NCBI GenBank assembly: GCA_964057225.1
Contig: OZ059897.1
Location: 11,346,001-11,410,000 of the forward strand
DNA from: Auanema rhodensis
Lineage: Eukaryota; Animalia; Nematoda
Direction of reading: 5' to 3'
Length of the DNA: 64,000 nt
Under the pieces are notes generated by a model that was not told the origin of the DNA, searched no databases, and saw only the letters and a list, made by a program, of their open reading frames with translations. A program made the translations under genes and the position numbers. How positions within the stretch are numbered: the stretch's first letter is position 1; every line of letters starts with the position of its first letter. Positions 1-10,448 of this stretch are shown piece by piece.

Positions 1-86
1 AACACGACCTGTGTTAATCATGATTCAAATTCGAGATAACATTTTTCAACAGGATTTTTCGGACTATAGCGATCTATAAATTAACA
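1..86 (-). repeat. 3' LTR (first 86 bp only)
   Basis: Identical to 10363-10448; begins TGTTAA on the minus strand immediately after the PPT. Confidence 0.85.
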
Positions 87-100
87 ATCCTCCCTTTCTG
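87..100 (-). other. Polypurine tract
   Basis: Minus strand CAGAAAGGGAGGAT, directly followed by TGTTAA. Confidence 0.8.
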
Positions 101-855
101 GTGAGGTTTCCCGTGTAATTTTTTTCATGCGTACTGATTATAAATTTAGGATGTTAGAAGCAAAATTTGTCTGAACGAAATCGTAACGCAAAATAAAATA
201 GTCCTGATCGCAAAACAAACTTCATCCACGAAATATAAAGATATAACCGAAGTTATTCTTTCCTTGAAGCCAAAATTAATCCTTAAAAAGGAGAAGGCGT
301 GGGAAATACAAAATAACAATTACTTTAGGTGAATTTGTTCACTAATTCAGCCTAAAGCCCTCATCAAGCTTCAAGGTTGGGTAACAGAGCATTTCAGATG
401 TTATAAGCAAGGATACGAAATTTAAAGGTTCAGACGAAAAACTTTTTGTGAACAAACGGGAAAATAATAATCTCGAAACGTATAATCCTTCTTTAAAAAA
501 AAAAGGATTCCTTGCCTCTGTTCCCATTTAACGTTGTTGGCCCCTCCGTATTGTGTTAAGACATAGAGTAGATGGTATGAGAAAAAGAGAGATGAAAGAG
601 ATTTGAAAATAAATTAACAACACAAACATTAGAGAGAAGGAAGAAAAAAAAATTGTGATAAGTTCGAGGTGGAACCTCCACGTTCCGTTATGCTCCCGCG
701 TCGATCTTACAGACCAATGGAGTCTACAAGATGAGCGTGGTAGTATTCCAGATGTAGCGGTTAAACATGGAGCATAAGGATAAACATAAGACTCGAGAAA
801 GATTGGTTTATTATATCTACGTGATTACAATAAGATACATATAACTAAGTAAAGG

Positions 856-3800
856 TTAAACTAATAGAGAACAGAGAGAGAACGACCGACCATCCATGAT
901 CGTCCCTGAGGCAAAGCTGAAGTGTTGTAATATGGAAAAGGGCGGGTCGTCTTCTCTCAGTCTTGCATTCTCTGACTCTAACCCGCCTGCTACAGCTTCG
1001 TCATATGAATGTAATGCATTGATCTTATGTGCGATTCCGTCATCTGTTTCTCGATTAAATAATTTGAGATTGTCCTTGTGAACGTCTTGGATCTTTCCGA
1101 AAAGGTTTTTGATTTGAACCATGTTTCCCTTCACATTAATAACTTCAAATGGTCCATCATAAGCTTTCCGAAGCTTTTGTCCTGGCTTGTGCATTTTCAC
1201 AGCTAACATAACGCAGTCTCCTTCTTGTATATCTCTTTCGTGAGTGCGTAATCGAGCATCATGTTTCTTTTTTGCTAATTCTTGATGCTTTTCCAAATTT
1301 TCTTGAATGATTGTTTTCTGTTTGCTTCGGATTTTCTCAATATTTTCAATCTCCTTTGAAATTTCCTTTGGTTCAGTTGTTTCGGGGTATAAATCTTTAT
1401 CCAATCTCAAACGGCTTTCTTTCCCGAATAGTACAACGTATGGTGATATTCCTGTGGTTGCATGCGTTGTGGTGTTCAATGCAAAGGTAATTTTTGGCAA
1501 AAACATGTCCCAATCAGTGACATCTTCGTTGAGATAATGTGTGAGTCCTTCTTCTAACGTTCTATGAAGTCTTTCTACTTGTCCATTGGAATTCTTCTGA
1601 TGTGGGAGTGTTGATTCATGTTTGATACCGAGTTTTTCGCACATGTCTTCATATTTCCTTGATAGGAAGTTGGAACCGCGGTCTGTTATTAAGCGGTTCG
1701 GTGGTCCATAGACATATACAAAGTTTCTGAGGAATCTATCAATGACAACTTCACTAACAATTGTTGGTATGGCGATAGTTGTAGCCCATTTGGAGAAAGA
1801 GTCTTGTATTGTGAGGACATAGCTGTTGTTCCTTTTTGATGTTGGGAATGGTCCCATGATATCCATATGTATTCTCTCAAATGGTTTTGTTGGTATGTTA
1901 AATTGACCCATTGGTTGTACGGTCATAGCATGAGGATCTTTCTTTCGTTGTGCACATTTGATGCACTGTTTTACGTATTTTGCTATGTCGTTCTGCATGT
2001 TAGTCCAGGAAAATCTTCGTAATATGGCTTCTTTTGTTTTGTTGATTCCTTGATGCGCCCCGATTGTTGGGTCTTCATGAAATTCTTCAATGATTTTGTT
2101 AATTATATCACTATCCGATGGCAATATTAACGCTGGATGAGGTCTTTTGACGCTTGGTTTTGTGTAGAGTAAGTTGTTTATAACACAATAACGATCATTT
2201 TGAATCATATTTTTCTTCGTTCTGTATTCAATCTCAGCTATTGTTCTCTTGATCCAAGGAGTATTTTGTTGGATTGAGCTGAATTCTGGTAACTTCACAA
2301 CATTTACTTGTTGTGTCTCAATTTTCTCTTTCGAATTCGTCTTTTGTTTCTTGTTCGACCTCTTTGGATCGTTAGCTTCATCTCCAATGTATCTAGAGAG
2401 TGCGTCACAGACTTTGTTTAATCTGCCTTCTCGATATTTGATCTCAATATCGTATTCCTGTATGACCAATTGGAACTTTGCTAGTCTTCCAAATAGGTCT
2501 CTTCTAGTTAGTAAGCTTGTCAATGGGCGATGATCGGTGATGCAAATTGAATGTGATCCAAGTATGTATGTTCGAAACTGTGCTAGAGCGTAAACTAAGC
2601 CTAAGGCTTCTATCTCTATGGGAGCATAGTTACGTTCTGCTTTTACTAATTTCCTACTTGCGAAAGCAATTGGATGTAAGTTCTTGAATGGTTCGTTTGG
2701 ATCTTCGGGCTGCAGTAATACTGCGCCTATGGCGATGTTGCTGCCATCACTTTCAATGATGAAAGTTCGGTCTGATCGTGGTGGTTTCAATACCGGTGCT
2801 TCGATTAGTCGTTCCTTTAGCTTATCTAGTGAACGTTGACATTCGCTAGTCCAATTGAAGTCTGCGTCTAGCTTAGTAAGGTCATACAGCGGACTTGCTA
2901 TATGTGCAAAATCTTTAATAAATTTTCTAAAGAATCCGACCATTCCTAAGAATGCTCTTACTCCTGTGGGTGTTTGAGGAGCAGGGTAATCGCGGATGGC
3001 GGAAACTTTCTGTTGATCGGGCTTAACTCCGTCTCTTCCGACAATGAGTCCGAGAAATTTCACTTCTGGTCTTGCAAATGAACATTTCTTGAGTTTAATC
3101 TTAAATCCTAGTCTTTCTACAGCGAGTAATACTTCTTTGATGTCTTCGAGGTGTTGTTCTGCGCTGTCTGATATGACTAGTAAATCGTCCAAATAGACAA
3201 ATAATCGGCATTTACATTTACTTTGGAGATATCTCACGGCTGTTTGAAAGGTATGTGGCGCACCACATAATCCCATAGGCCCACTATTGGTGGTAAAGGA
3301 TGTGAGTGGTCTATCCTTCTTCGATAATGGTATTTGGAAAAAGCCAGAAACAAGATCAAAATTAGAAAAGTATTGTGATCCAGCCGCTAAGTCAATGATA
3401 TCAGAGATGTTAGGAATCACATATGTTTGTTTTCTTGTAACGTTATTTAAGGCTCGGAAATCCGTAACGAAACGGAATGTTTCGTCTTTTTTCTTAACGA
3501 GAACGACAGGGCTGTTGAACAAAGATGTCGATCGTTCTATTATCCCTTGCTCGAGCATTTCTTGGACTTGTCTTTCTACCTCTTCCTGTTTCCCGAGAGG
3601 TATACGTGAAATTCGTGGCTTTGGCATATCCATATCCGTTCGTAGTGGTATCTTGTGTTCTACTGGTCCTTTGAACAATCCTATCTTTTTATCTTCATTG
3701 AGGAATGCCTTCTTACGTTGACGAATGATGTTTCGTAGTTCGTCTTTTTGTCGTTGCGTAAGATCAGCCTCTTTTAGGTCAAGTTCTTTCATGAAATCAC

Positions 3801-3915
3801 CAGGGAAGTGAGGTAATTTGCCTTCCCAGTCTGCTTCTGGTGGAATATAGTCGTACTGTTGTTCTGTTGAGAAGATTTCATAGTCCGGTATAGATCCTAT
3901 TTCGGCTTCTGCGTG
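856..3915 (-). pseudogene. pol: Pol: reverse transcriptase, RNase H, integrase
   Basis: RT motifs SPVVLVKKKD, DFRALN, FDLVSGFFQI, YLDD. RNase H ESDGS and NYAPIEIEAL. Integrase H..H..CxxC, DIMGP/TDRGSNF/VER and GPF motif. The frame is open upstream of the 3792 ATG to about 3936 but is out of frame with the protease ORF. RT lacks the usual LYEFxxM segment (TTNSG-PMGL). Confidence 0.92.
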
Positions 3916-5549
3916 CCGGCCGGTATTTCTATGAATTCTTTAGAATTGTTCCGGAATTGGATATTGATGGAGTTAACATCGCGAAATGCTGTGTCGTATC
4001 GAGGTGAGAGAGGTGTATTGTCGTTTGGTTTAATCATAGCGATTAAGTCTTCTCCGATTGGGTTCTCTAATTGGACTTGGAAATTAAAAACTTGTCGAGG
4101 AAGTAGACTCCGCGGCTCCAAGGTTATCAAATTAACAGTTTTTGATATCCTGTTAATATCCCCGTTAATTCCGCTAGCCAAAGGTACTACATGATTTCCA
4201 ATTTCCAGTGTTCTTTTGTATGGTCTTAGTTTCATGCCAATGTTTTGACAGTCAAGTGTTTTCATGAAATCTAATCCAACCAACGCTGGCGATGGACAGT
4301 CTTTGTCGTCTGATATGAAGAATGTATGGTCGATTTCGTAACCGGCTATTTCGACGGTTAAGTCGATAGTACCAATGAATACAAATTCTGATCCGTTCGC
4401 TGTTGTTGCTCTTAATGTATTCTTCTTAACAAAGTCATTCAAAGCTAAGTAGTGTAGTGTCGATATTCTTATGTAACTGACGGACGAACCTGAGTCCCAT
4501 AAAGTTAGGATCACTCTATCGTTAACAGTCATCCATAGAAGTGGTAGCGCTTGATCTTTCTTTTTGGAAATCGAGCAAACTAATGGTAGTGCGATTGGTA
4601 TGAATGTGAGCATTGATGGATAGTATTGTTTCATTATGTGTCTTGGAATCGGTTGGTCCGGATGACTAACTAATTCCAAAGTTTCTTCGTATGTTGGTAG
4701 ATCACTGTCGTGATCTTTGAGTGCAATATGCATAACTGGTATGCCTACTGGTTTGAAGAAATAGATCTTTACAATGAAACCTATCACAAAGAGTATGATG
4801 GTAAATAATGTAATTGCACCGATCGTTATTAGTGTTCGCTCAATCGTTCCTGCAATTGTATCGATGAATGACTTCCATGTGCTCTTGGTGAATTCTTGAG
4901 CTTTCGATATGTAGTCGCTACTTTTCTTTAGTACACTGAATGTAGCTGATATCTTTGGATCATTGTGAATTGTGTGAAGAACGTGATTCTGACGAATCGA
5001 TGCTAAACTCGCACCGTAAGCTATGGCTGTGGTCATTAAGTATACACGAGACGATAAATTAGTGTATAAGTGAGCTCCGGTGAATTTTAATGGTGTTATT
5101 TTTTCGTGATGAAGTCCGTCCCACATTGATACAAGATTGACGTCTGCAGTCCCATTAATTCCTTTCCATTCACCTTCGCTAGACCAGATATCTGTTGGTA
5201 CGTGATCACAGCTTATTTCTTTACCATGAGGTAAAAGATCCTTGGATCCGGGTGCTGCAAACAGTAACTGTCCGTCTTGTGTCCAGACTGGGGTTTCGAG
5301 ATAGCATGTGCCATTTACGGTGTGATTGTGATAAATGGTTTTCTCTAGCACTGTAGGGCATACATGTATATGCAAAATTTCATTGCCTACAAACCGTGCG
5401 GCTATATCTTCTCTTCCCAGTATTGTTCGCATTGCGATTGTTGGTTCAATTTGTAGAATTGATTTCCATAATTCCAGATACCGATTTTGTATCTCGCAAA
5501 TCGATTCGTATGATTCTTCAAAATGTTTCTGCAATTCCTCTTGGATCAT
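3897..5549 (-). CDS. Env C-terminal half (gB/class III-like ectodomain, TM anchor, tail) fused to aspartic protease and a possible dUTPase-like linker
   Basis: ICEIQN..LWKSILQIEPT..ILGREDIAARFVG..HVC and GTCYLETPV resemble the gB central helix and crown region. TM TLITIGAITLFTIILFVIGFIV. Protease LWDSGSSVSYI and ALVGLDFM. Confidence 0.82.
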   Translation of the reverse strand: MIQEELQKHFEESYESICEIQNRYLELWKSILQIEPTIAMRTILGREDIAARFVGNEILHIHVCPTVLEKTIYHNHTVNGTCYLETPVWTQDGQLLFAAPGSKDLLPHGKEISCDHVPTDIWSSEGEWKGINGTADVNLVSMWDGLHHEKITPLKFTGAHLYTNLSSRVYLMTTAIAYGASLASIRQNHVLHTIHNDPKISATFSVLKKSSDYISKAQEFTKSTWKSFIDTIAGTIERTLITIGAITLFTIILFVIGFIVKIYFFKPVGIPVMHIALKDHDSDLPTYEETLELVSHPDQPIPRHIMKQYYPSMLTFIPIALPLVCSISKKKDQALPLLWMTVNDRVILTLWDSGSSVSYIRISTLHYLALNDFVKKNTLRATTANGSEFVFIGTIDLTVEIAGYEIDHTFFISDDKDCPSPALVGLDFMKTLDCQNIGMKLRPYKRTLEIGNHVVPLASGINGDINRISKTVNLITLEPRSLLPRQVFNFQVQLENPIGEDLIAMIKPNDNTPLSPRYDTAFRDVNSINIQFRNNSKEFIEIPAGTQKPK

Positions 5550-8500
5550 TGTAGTAGCATACTTACGTTCGATATATTTTGACGAAACTCTTGTACCGAG
5601 TCAATTTTCGTTGCTATGTATCTCGCATTTGCTTCCACTAAATTTGAGGTTTCTACTGATGGTGTTGAGGAAGCTCGGTTTTTTCGAATCAATGTTGGAG
5701 AGGCTTTGGTTGTCTCTTGTATTTTTGGAATCTGTGCGTCTTTGTATATGGCATAGCTTCTTGTTGTTGTTGGCGAACGAGCGGTTGATGTTGTTGTGCG
5801 TGCTGTTGTCGCAGCGGTCGTGTGAGGCGCCGTTGTTGATGGCTGTTGCCTCCATGATGGTGCTCTTGTGGTGGTTGTTGCATTTGTGTGAGGATTGTTC
5901 GTTATTTGCTGCTGTATTGTGGTAACTGATTGGATTGTTCCCTTCTGTTCGATCAAAGGTTGGACTGGTGTCACAACCGCGCCGCTAGCCGCGCCGCCTG
6001 CCGCGACGCTGGATGTCCGCGTTGCGATTTGCCGAAAATTTGTTTCATTTTCCTCTGCCATTAAGATTTGAAGTTGTTCTTGTGTTATCCTACTCGATGT
6101 ATAAGGTGTTTTTACATTATTGAGCAGGGGTAAAAATATTTCCAATAATAATTTCTTTGAAAGATTGCTGGGCTTGATCAGCTTAGGGTGTGGACCGATC
6201 GGTATTCCATAATTATTCTTCCTGTCATAAAATAGTTTATCTGTATTTGGCATGAATTGTCGTGATGCTGGCAATTTTATAAATTTTCTGTCATCAATAA
6301 ATGCTGCAGTTTTATTCCATCGTACTGTTGTGAGGGTTTTTAGTTCTCTTAGTAAATTGATCGTTGCCTTAATGAATTCGCTTTTCTTCTCTTCCTCGTC
6401 AGTTAGTATACGTTTCCTTATTGGTGGCATTTGTATGAACGTTTGTAGGACTTCTTGTCGTGATGGAACTGTCAATCCTTCTTCAATTATAACTGGTGTA
6501 TTGGTTAAATTGAGAGCTATGTTTTCAATTCGTTCGCGATATGAACCTTCTTTCTTCCTTATGATTTCATCGAATTCGATTACTGTCAAACGATCTGATA
6601 TTTGTTCGAGAAGCTGTTCAGATGTTAAGTATGATATTGCTGCCTTTGTAGTAATGGCTAATTCTCTTTGTGCTATATAATATAGCAGAGCTTCTTCTTT
6701 ATCACTGAAATCGTATTGCTTGAGAAAATGTCGAACAGAATGTTCATTTATTTGAATTCTGAAGAAAAATTCGAATTTTTCTTTATGTGATGTTATCCAT
6801 GCCTTTAGAGAGTATGTTGGATCTACTAAACGTCTTCCTTTAATTATAGGAATAATTGAAGTAATACCGGGATTACTCATTAATGGTCTTAGGAAAGTAT
6901 ATGGACAGACGTGAAGCAATACTGTTTCATAATCTTCAACTTCGTTGATCCGATCTTGATCCAGTGGGAAAGAACATCCTTCGGTGACTGCACGTTTTGG
7001 TCTTTTAAACGGCAGCTTTTTGAACTCTCTTTCAATAAGGGTGGTTATATTGTTGTCGTTTGGAAATTTAGGAAGAATGATATAATTTCCTGATGTCGTA
7101 TGGAACGCTGGCTGCCTGAAGCAAGAAGAAATAGGTTTCGGAGTTGGTTTGCTCAAAAGAATAAGTGCCGATTGTGTACTAGGGATTAAAATAGTATCTT
7201 GACTAATGATAGCGTCATATGTATGCATATCGATGTAATTACAACGTGGAGCAGTGGTTTGTGGGTCCCATATTATTATTGATGTACTTGATTCACAATT
7301 ACCATGATGTGCATTGCATCCTTCCGTGTTTAATATTAAGTTTGACAATATTGTATCGTCAGGCATACGGGTCATGACTCCGCGCTCTAATATTAGACGT
7401 GACCGCTCCTCGCACGCGTCGCGGTTGAACGCGCGCGCTGAGTCATAGGAGGGCTCCGGAGTTGCTTGGGTGATACTATCAATGCGTTGCAGTTCTATGT
7501 TATTCCACTTGCGATCGCGGATTGCCTGTCTGCACTCGCGCTCTCCTATAGGCTGTATTCTATTTATTGTTCTGTTCGTATCGCGGAGGAATAGCAGGTC
7601 TCGTACGCATAACTTGTGTACTTCCTCTGAACAACGCCACGCATCCCATTCGTGTGCTGTGTGATTTCTTGTGTACAGATGAACTTCTGTACGTAGCACA
7701 TGGTTTTTCTCTGTTAATCTGCATTTTCTGATTGTTGGTGGCATAAGTAATGCGCCTCCTGTTGCTCTTGTACAGATTTGATATGTAGATGCACAGGGCA
7801 AGAATATTGCTGCTGTTATTGCCATGATAACTGTGAGCGTCAAAGGCGAAAGGGTGACAGAGTTTATTCTTGTTGAGCTTCTATCTCTTCCTCTTGAGTT
7901 GTCTCTTGGATTTTTGAATTGAACTCTTCTTTGTCCGTTGTTGTTATTGAATCTACCTCGTTGGTTGTTATGACGAAAATTATAATTTCTTTGATGCCAA
8001 TCAGAACTCGATTGCCTATTATCTTGTTCGTTATAATTTGTACGGCGATTATTATTAGCGAAAGAACCGTAACGGTTTCGATTATTATTGAAATTAGAAA
8101 AGTTTTTATTTTTTTGATAATTTTGATAATTTTGATTATTTTGATAATTTTGATTGTTTCTTATCATTTGGTTATCGCGTTGATAATTGCGATTAAATGT
8201 TTGGCTATCTCGTCTCTCATCATTACGCGCAAAGGGTGCTAGTGCTTTGTTCACAGCGTTGACCAACATCGATTGCGTGTCTGTTGTTTGGTTCACTATC
8301 GATTCCTCCCAGCGAGCGGCTTCAATCGCTTCTGTGAAGGATTTTGGCTTTGCTCGAATTACAGCTGGTTTTAGAGTATTTTTAAGTCCTCTGAGGAATG
8401 TTGATCTCAGTATTTGATCTTTATGTGGGTCATCAGATGCAAATGCACTCAATGCCATTGTTCTTAATGCTTGGGCGTATGCATCAATTGTCAATTCCCC

Positions 8501-9532
8501 TTGCGTGGTGTTCTGAAGGTTAATAAGTGCAGGGTCTTGGTTATATTCAGGGCAGAGCTTCGATGTTAGTGCTCTAATCAGATCATTCCACGAACCAGTT
8601 GTTTTAAGTTCAGGAACTTGTCTGTAAGCTTCTTCTGCTGCTTCATTTTTGAGAAGCAAAGGAAGAAGTGCTAACCTTTCAGGGATAACAAGGCCAATGG
8701 CATTAGCAAACAAGTTGAATTTACCCGTAAAATCACGGAAGTTACGACTGCCGTCGTAAGTTGGACAGTAAGGCGAAAGTAAGGCTTGCGCGATTGTTGT
8801 TTTCCCTGCCCCAGGTAGTGAGGAAACAGCTTCCGTCATGATGTTATTCGTACGGGTAGATGGTATTTTGATCGTTCTACCTGTTATTGGTGGGGTCTCC
8901 AAAATAGGGGTTGTTTGCGTGGATGGAATAGGTCTATTGGGTGCCTTAGGAAGTGAGTCTGTTGTTGTTAAGATGGGAGTAGAAGTTTGATGAATACTGG
9001 TATTTGGTGCAGGTGGTTGAATTGGTGAGATATTAATGTTAGGGACTGATGAATATCTGCTTTTGCGCTTGGTGTTGAAAGTTTTATCTTTAGGCGAAAG
9101 GTTAAAAAGATCAGTAACAATGTTTCTAAGAGAACTAAGCCCACCCGCGCTAGAAGTTTTTGAAAGTAAAGGGGAATCGGTTGGTTCGGTTAGTGAGAGA
9201 GAGAGAGAAGCGTCGCTGATGTTTTGATTTTTCTTATTTTTATTAGAATTAGAGGAGCGTACCTTTTTAGGAGTGATCGGTGTTTGTTCCTCCACAATGA
9301 TTGATAGTTCTTCTTCTATAGTAGGTACGTAGTCCGGGTCGCCTAGTTGTTCAGTAGGTGAGACAGAATCAGTAGTAGGAATAAGGAAATTATCCGGCTT
9401 CTTGTCGACTTTCTGCTCCTCTTCTAATATAGCGACGTCTTGAGCTCGAGCTCGACTTCTGGTAAAGGGAGCTGAGTCTTGGGAATCGAAATGCGTACTT
9501 ATAGGTACGGCTGAATGGAATCTCTTAGCCAC
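5546..9532 (-). CDS. Gag fused in frame to Env N-terminal half
   Basis: Gag-like core (PTYDGS, LLPLLLK, FLRGL, PKSFTEAIEAA), then an N/R/Q-rich tract. A signal-like segment (LTLTVIMAITAAIFLPCAS), a Cys-rich ectodomain, an RPKR furin-type site and a Thr-rich mucin-like tract follow. Confidence 0.85.
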   Translation of the reverse strand: MAKRFHSAVPISTHFDSQDSAPFTRSRARAQDVAILEEEQKVDKKPDNFLIPTTDSVSPTEQLGDPDYVPTIEEELSIIVEEQTPITPKKVRSSNSNKNKKNQNISDASLSLSLTEPTDSPLLSKTSSAGGLSSLRNIVTDLFNLSPKDKTFNTKRKSRYSSVPNINISPIQPPAPNTSIHQTSTPILTTTDSLPKAPNRPIPSTQTTPILETPPITGRTIKIPSTRTNNIMTEAVSSLPGAGKTTIAQALLSPYCPTYDGSRNFRDFTGKFNLFANAIGLVIPERLALLPLLLKNEAAEEAYRQVPELKTTGSWNDLIRALTSKLCPEYNQDPALINLQNTTQGELTIDAYAQALRTMALSAFASDDPHKDQILRSTFLRGLKNTLKPAVIRAKPKSFTEAIEAARWEESIVNQTTDTQSMLVNAVNKALAPFARNDERRDSQTFNRNYQRDNQMIRNNQNYQNNQNYQNYQKNKNFSNFNNNRNRYGSFANNNRRTNYNEQDNRQSSSDWHQRNYNFRHNNQRGRFNNNNGQRRVQFKNPRDNSRGRDRSSTRINSVTLSPLTLTVIMAITAAIFLPCASTYQICTRATGGALLMPPTIRKCRLTEKNHVLRTEVHLYTRNHTAHEWDAWRCSEEVHKLCVRDLLFLRDTNRTINRIQPIGERECRQAIRDRKWNNIELQRIDSITQATPEPSYDSARAFNRDACEERSRLILERGVMTRMPDDTILSNLILNTEGCNAHHGNCESSTSIIIWDPQTTAPRCNYIDMHTYDAIISQDTILIPSTQSALILLSKPTPKPISSCFRQPAFHTTSGNYIILPKFPNDNNITTLIEREFKKLPFKRPKRAVTEGCSFPLDQDRINEVEDYETVLLHVCPYTFLRPLMSNPGITSIIPIIKGRRLVDPTYSLKAWITSHKEKFEFFFRIQINEHSVRHFLKQYDFSDKEEALLYYIAQRELAITTKAAISYLTSEQLLEQISDRLTVIEFDEIIRKKEGSYRERIENIALNLTNTPVIIEEGLTVPSRQEVLQTFIQMPPIRKRILTDEEEKKSEFIKATINLLRELKTLTTVRWNKTAAFIDDRKFIKLPASRQFMPNTDKLFYDRKNNYGIPIGPHPKLIKPSNLSKKLLLEIFLPLLNNVKTPYTSSRITQEQLQILMAEENETNFRQIATRTSSVAAGGAASGAVVTPVQPLIEQKGTIQSVTTIQQQITNNPHTNATTTTRAPSWRQQPSTTAPHTTAATTARTTTSTARSPTTTRSYAIYKDAQIPKIQETTKASPTLIRKNRASSTPSVETSNLVEANARYIATKIDSVQEFRQNISNVSMLLQ

Positions 9533-9793
9533 CTTGCTAGAACTCTTGGTTTGAAAAAACCTTGAGTGCTTGGTAACGTGTGGGATGTTGAGACGTTAAA
9601 GAATGCTGTGAATAAGGATGAGGATGTAGGCAAAATGAGAAAGGCTTTGGAGAGCGACCGGTGTCGTATCGACAACTTGTGAGAATGAGGTCGATGCCTT
9701 GGCCAATGGCGATGGATCCGCCTTCTACTGTGTGATATCGGGACTCTGGTGCTCTCCGTATTTTCTCTGTAGTTGAAAGTCTGATTCACAAAA

Positions 9794-9808
9794 CATCTGG
9801 GGTGACCA
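9794..9808 (-). other. Putative primer-binding site
   Basis: Minus strand TGGTCACCCCAGATG, 3 nt after the LTR end ...TAACA. The TGG start is typical; the cognate tRNA was not determined. Confidence 0.7.
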
Positions 9809-9811
9809 AGC

Positions 9812-10448
9812 TGTTATTTTACAAAACGTTTAGTGTAATTCGTAATATTCGTTCAATTACAGCACATTTTACTGATTTGTATGCAACCATTTTCCTCATG
9901 CTGACTAAACTTATGTTTTGTTACACTAGTTTCTCGACCATGTGGTGTGTCATCTTGCAACAAAACTTATGGTGTAATTCGTAACATGCTTTTGATAAAA
10001 GAGCAGTTTAACAATAAATGTGCACCAATTTCTCTTTTGTGACCAAAAATAATTTTTGTTTCTTTACAATCTGGTTTTCAAATACATTTGGTGTAGCTCG
10101 CATGTTTCGTTGTAACAAAAGTCATGGGATTCGTAATATTAGTTTTACAAAAGAGCGTTTTGCAATGATGAATGTAGATATTTCGTGATCAGAAATCGAA
10201 TTTTGAAATAAAAGCAGAGTTAAATGGCTAAATATTACAAGAACTAGTATTAAAGTTGGAATAAGGTTCAATGCGTGAGTCTTATGCTTCTGAACAACAA
10301 TAACGGTATGAGGAAGGTGACATTCAGTAAGGGGAGAAAATCCAAACCGATATGCTTTAGCCAACACGACCTGTGTTAATCATGATTCAAATTCGAGATA
10401 ACATTTTTCAACAGGATTTTTCGGACTATAGCGATCTATAAATTAACA
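9812..10448 (-). repeat. 5' LTR, 637 bp, TGTTA...TAACA
   Basis: Terminal inverted pentamers; bounded by the PBS on one side and a PPT copy on the other; shares sequence with 1-86. Confidence 0.85.

Larger units (their letters stand above)
1..10448 (-). mobile_element. Ty3/Gypsy (Metaviridae-like) LTR retroelement carrying an env-like gene; 3' LTR runs off the window start
   Basis: LTR 9812-10448, PBS 9794-9808 and PPT 87-100. Coding order is gag-env-PR-RT-RNaseH-IN; integrase after RNase H is the Gypsy order. Confidence 0.93.

Noticed and set aside
3897-3936. Programmed -1 frameshift between protease and RT
   Set aside because: No XXXYYYZ slippery heptamer in the overlap; a small deletion is more likely.
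5335-9227. Plus-strand ORFs (196, 142, 107 aa and others) opposite gag-env
   Set aside because: Antisense shadows of the long ORF with no recognisable motifs.
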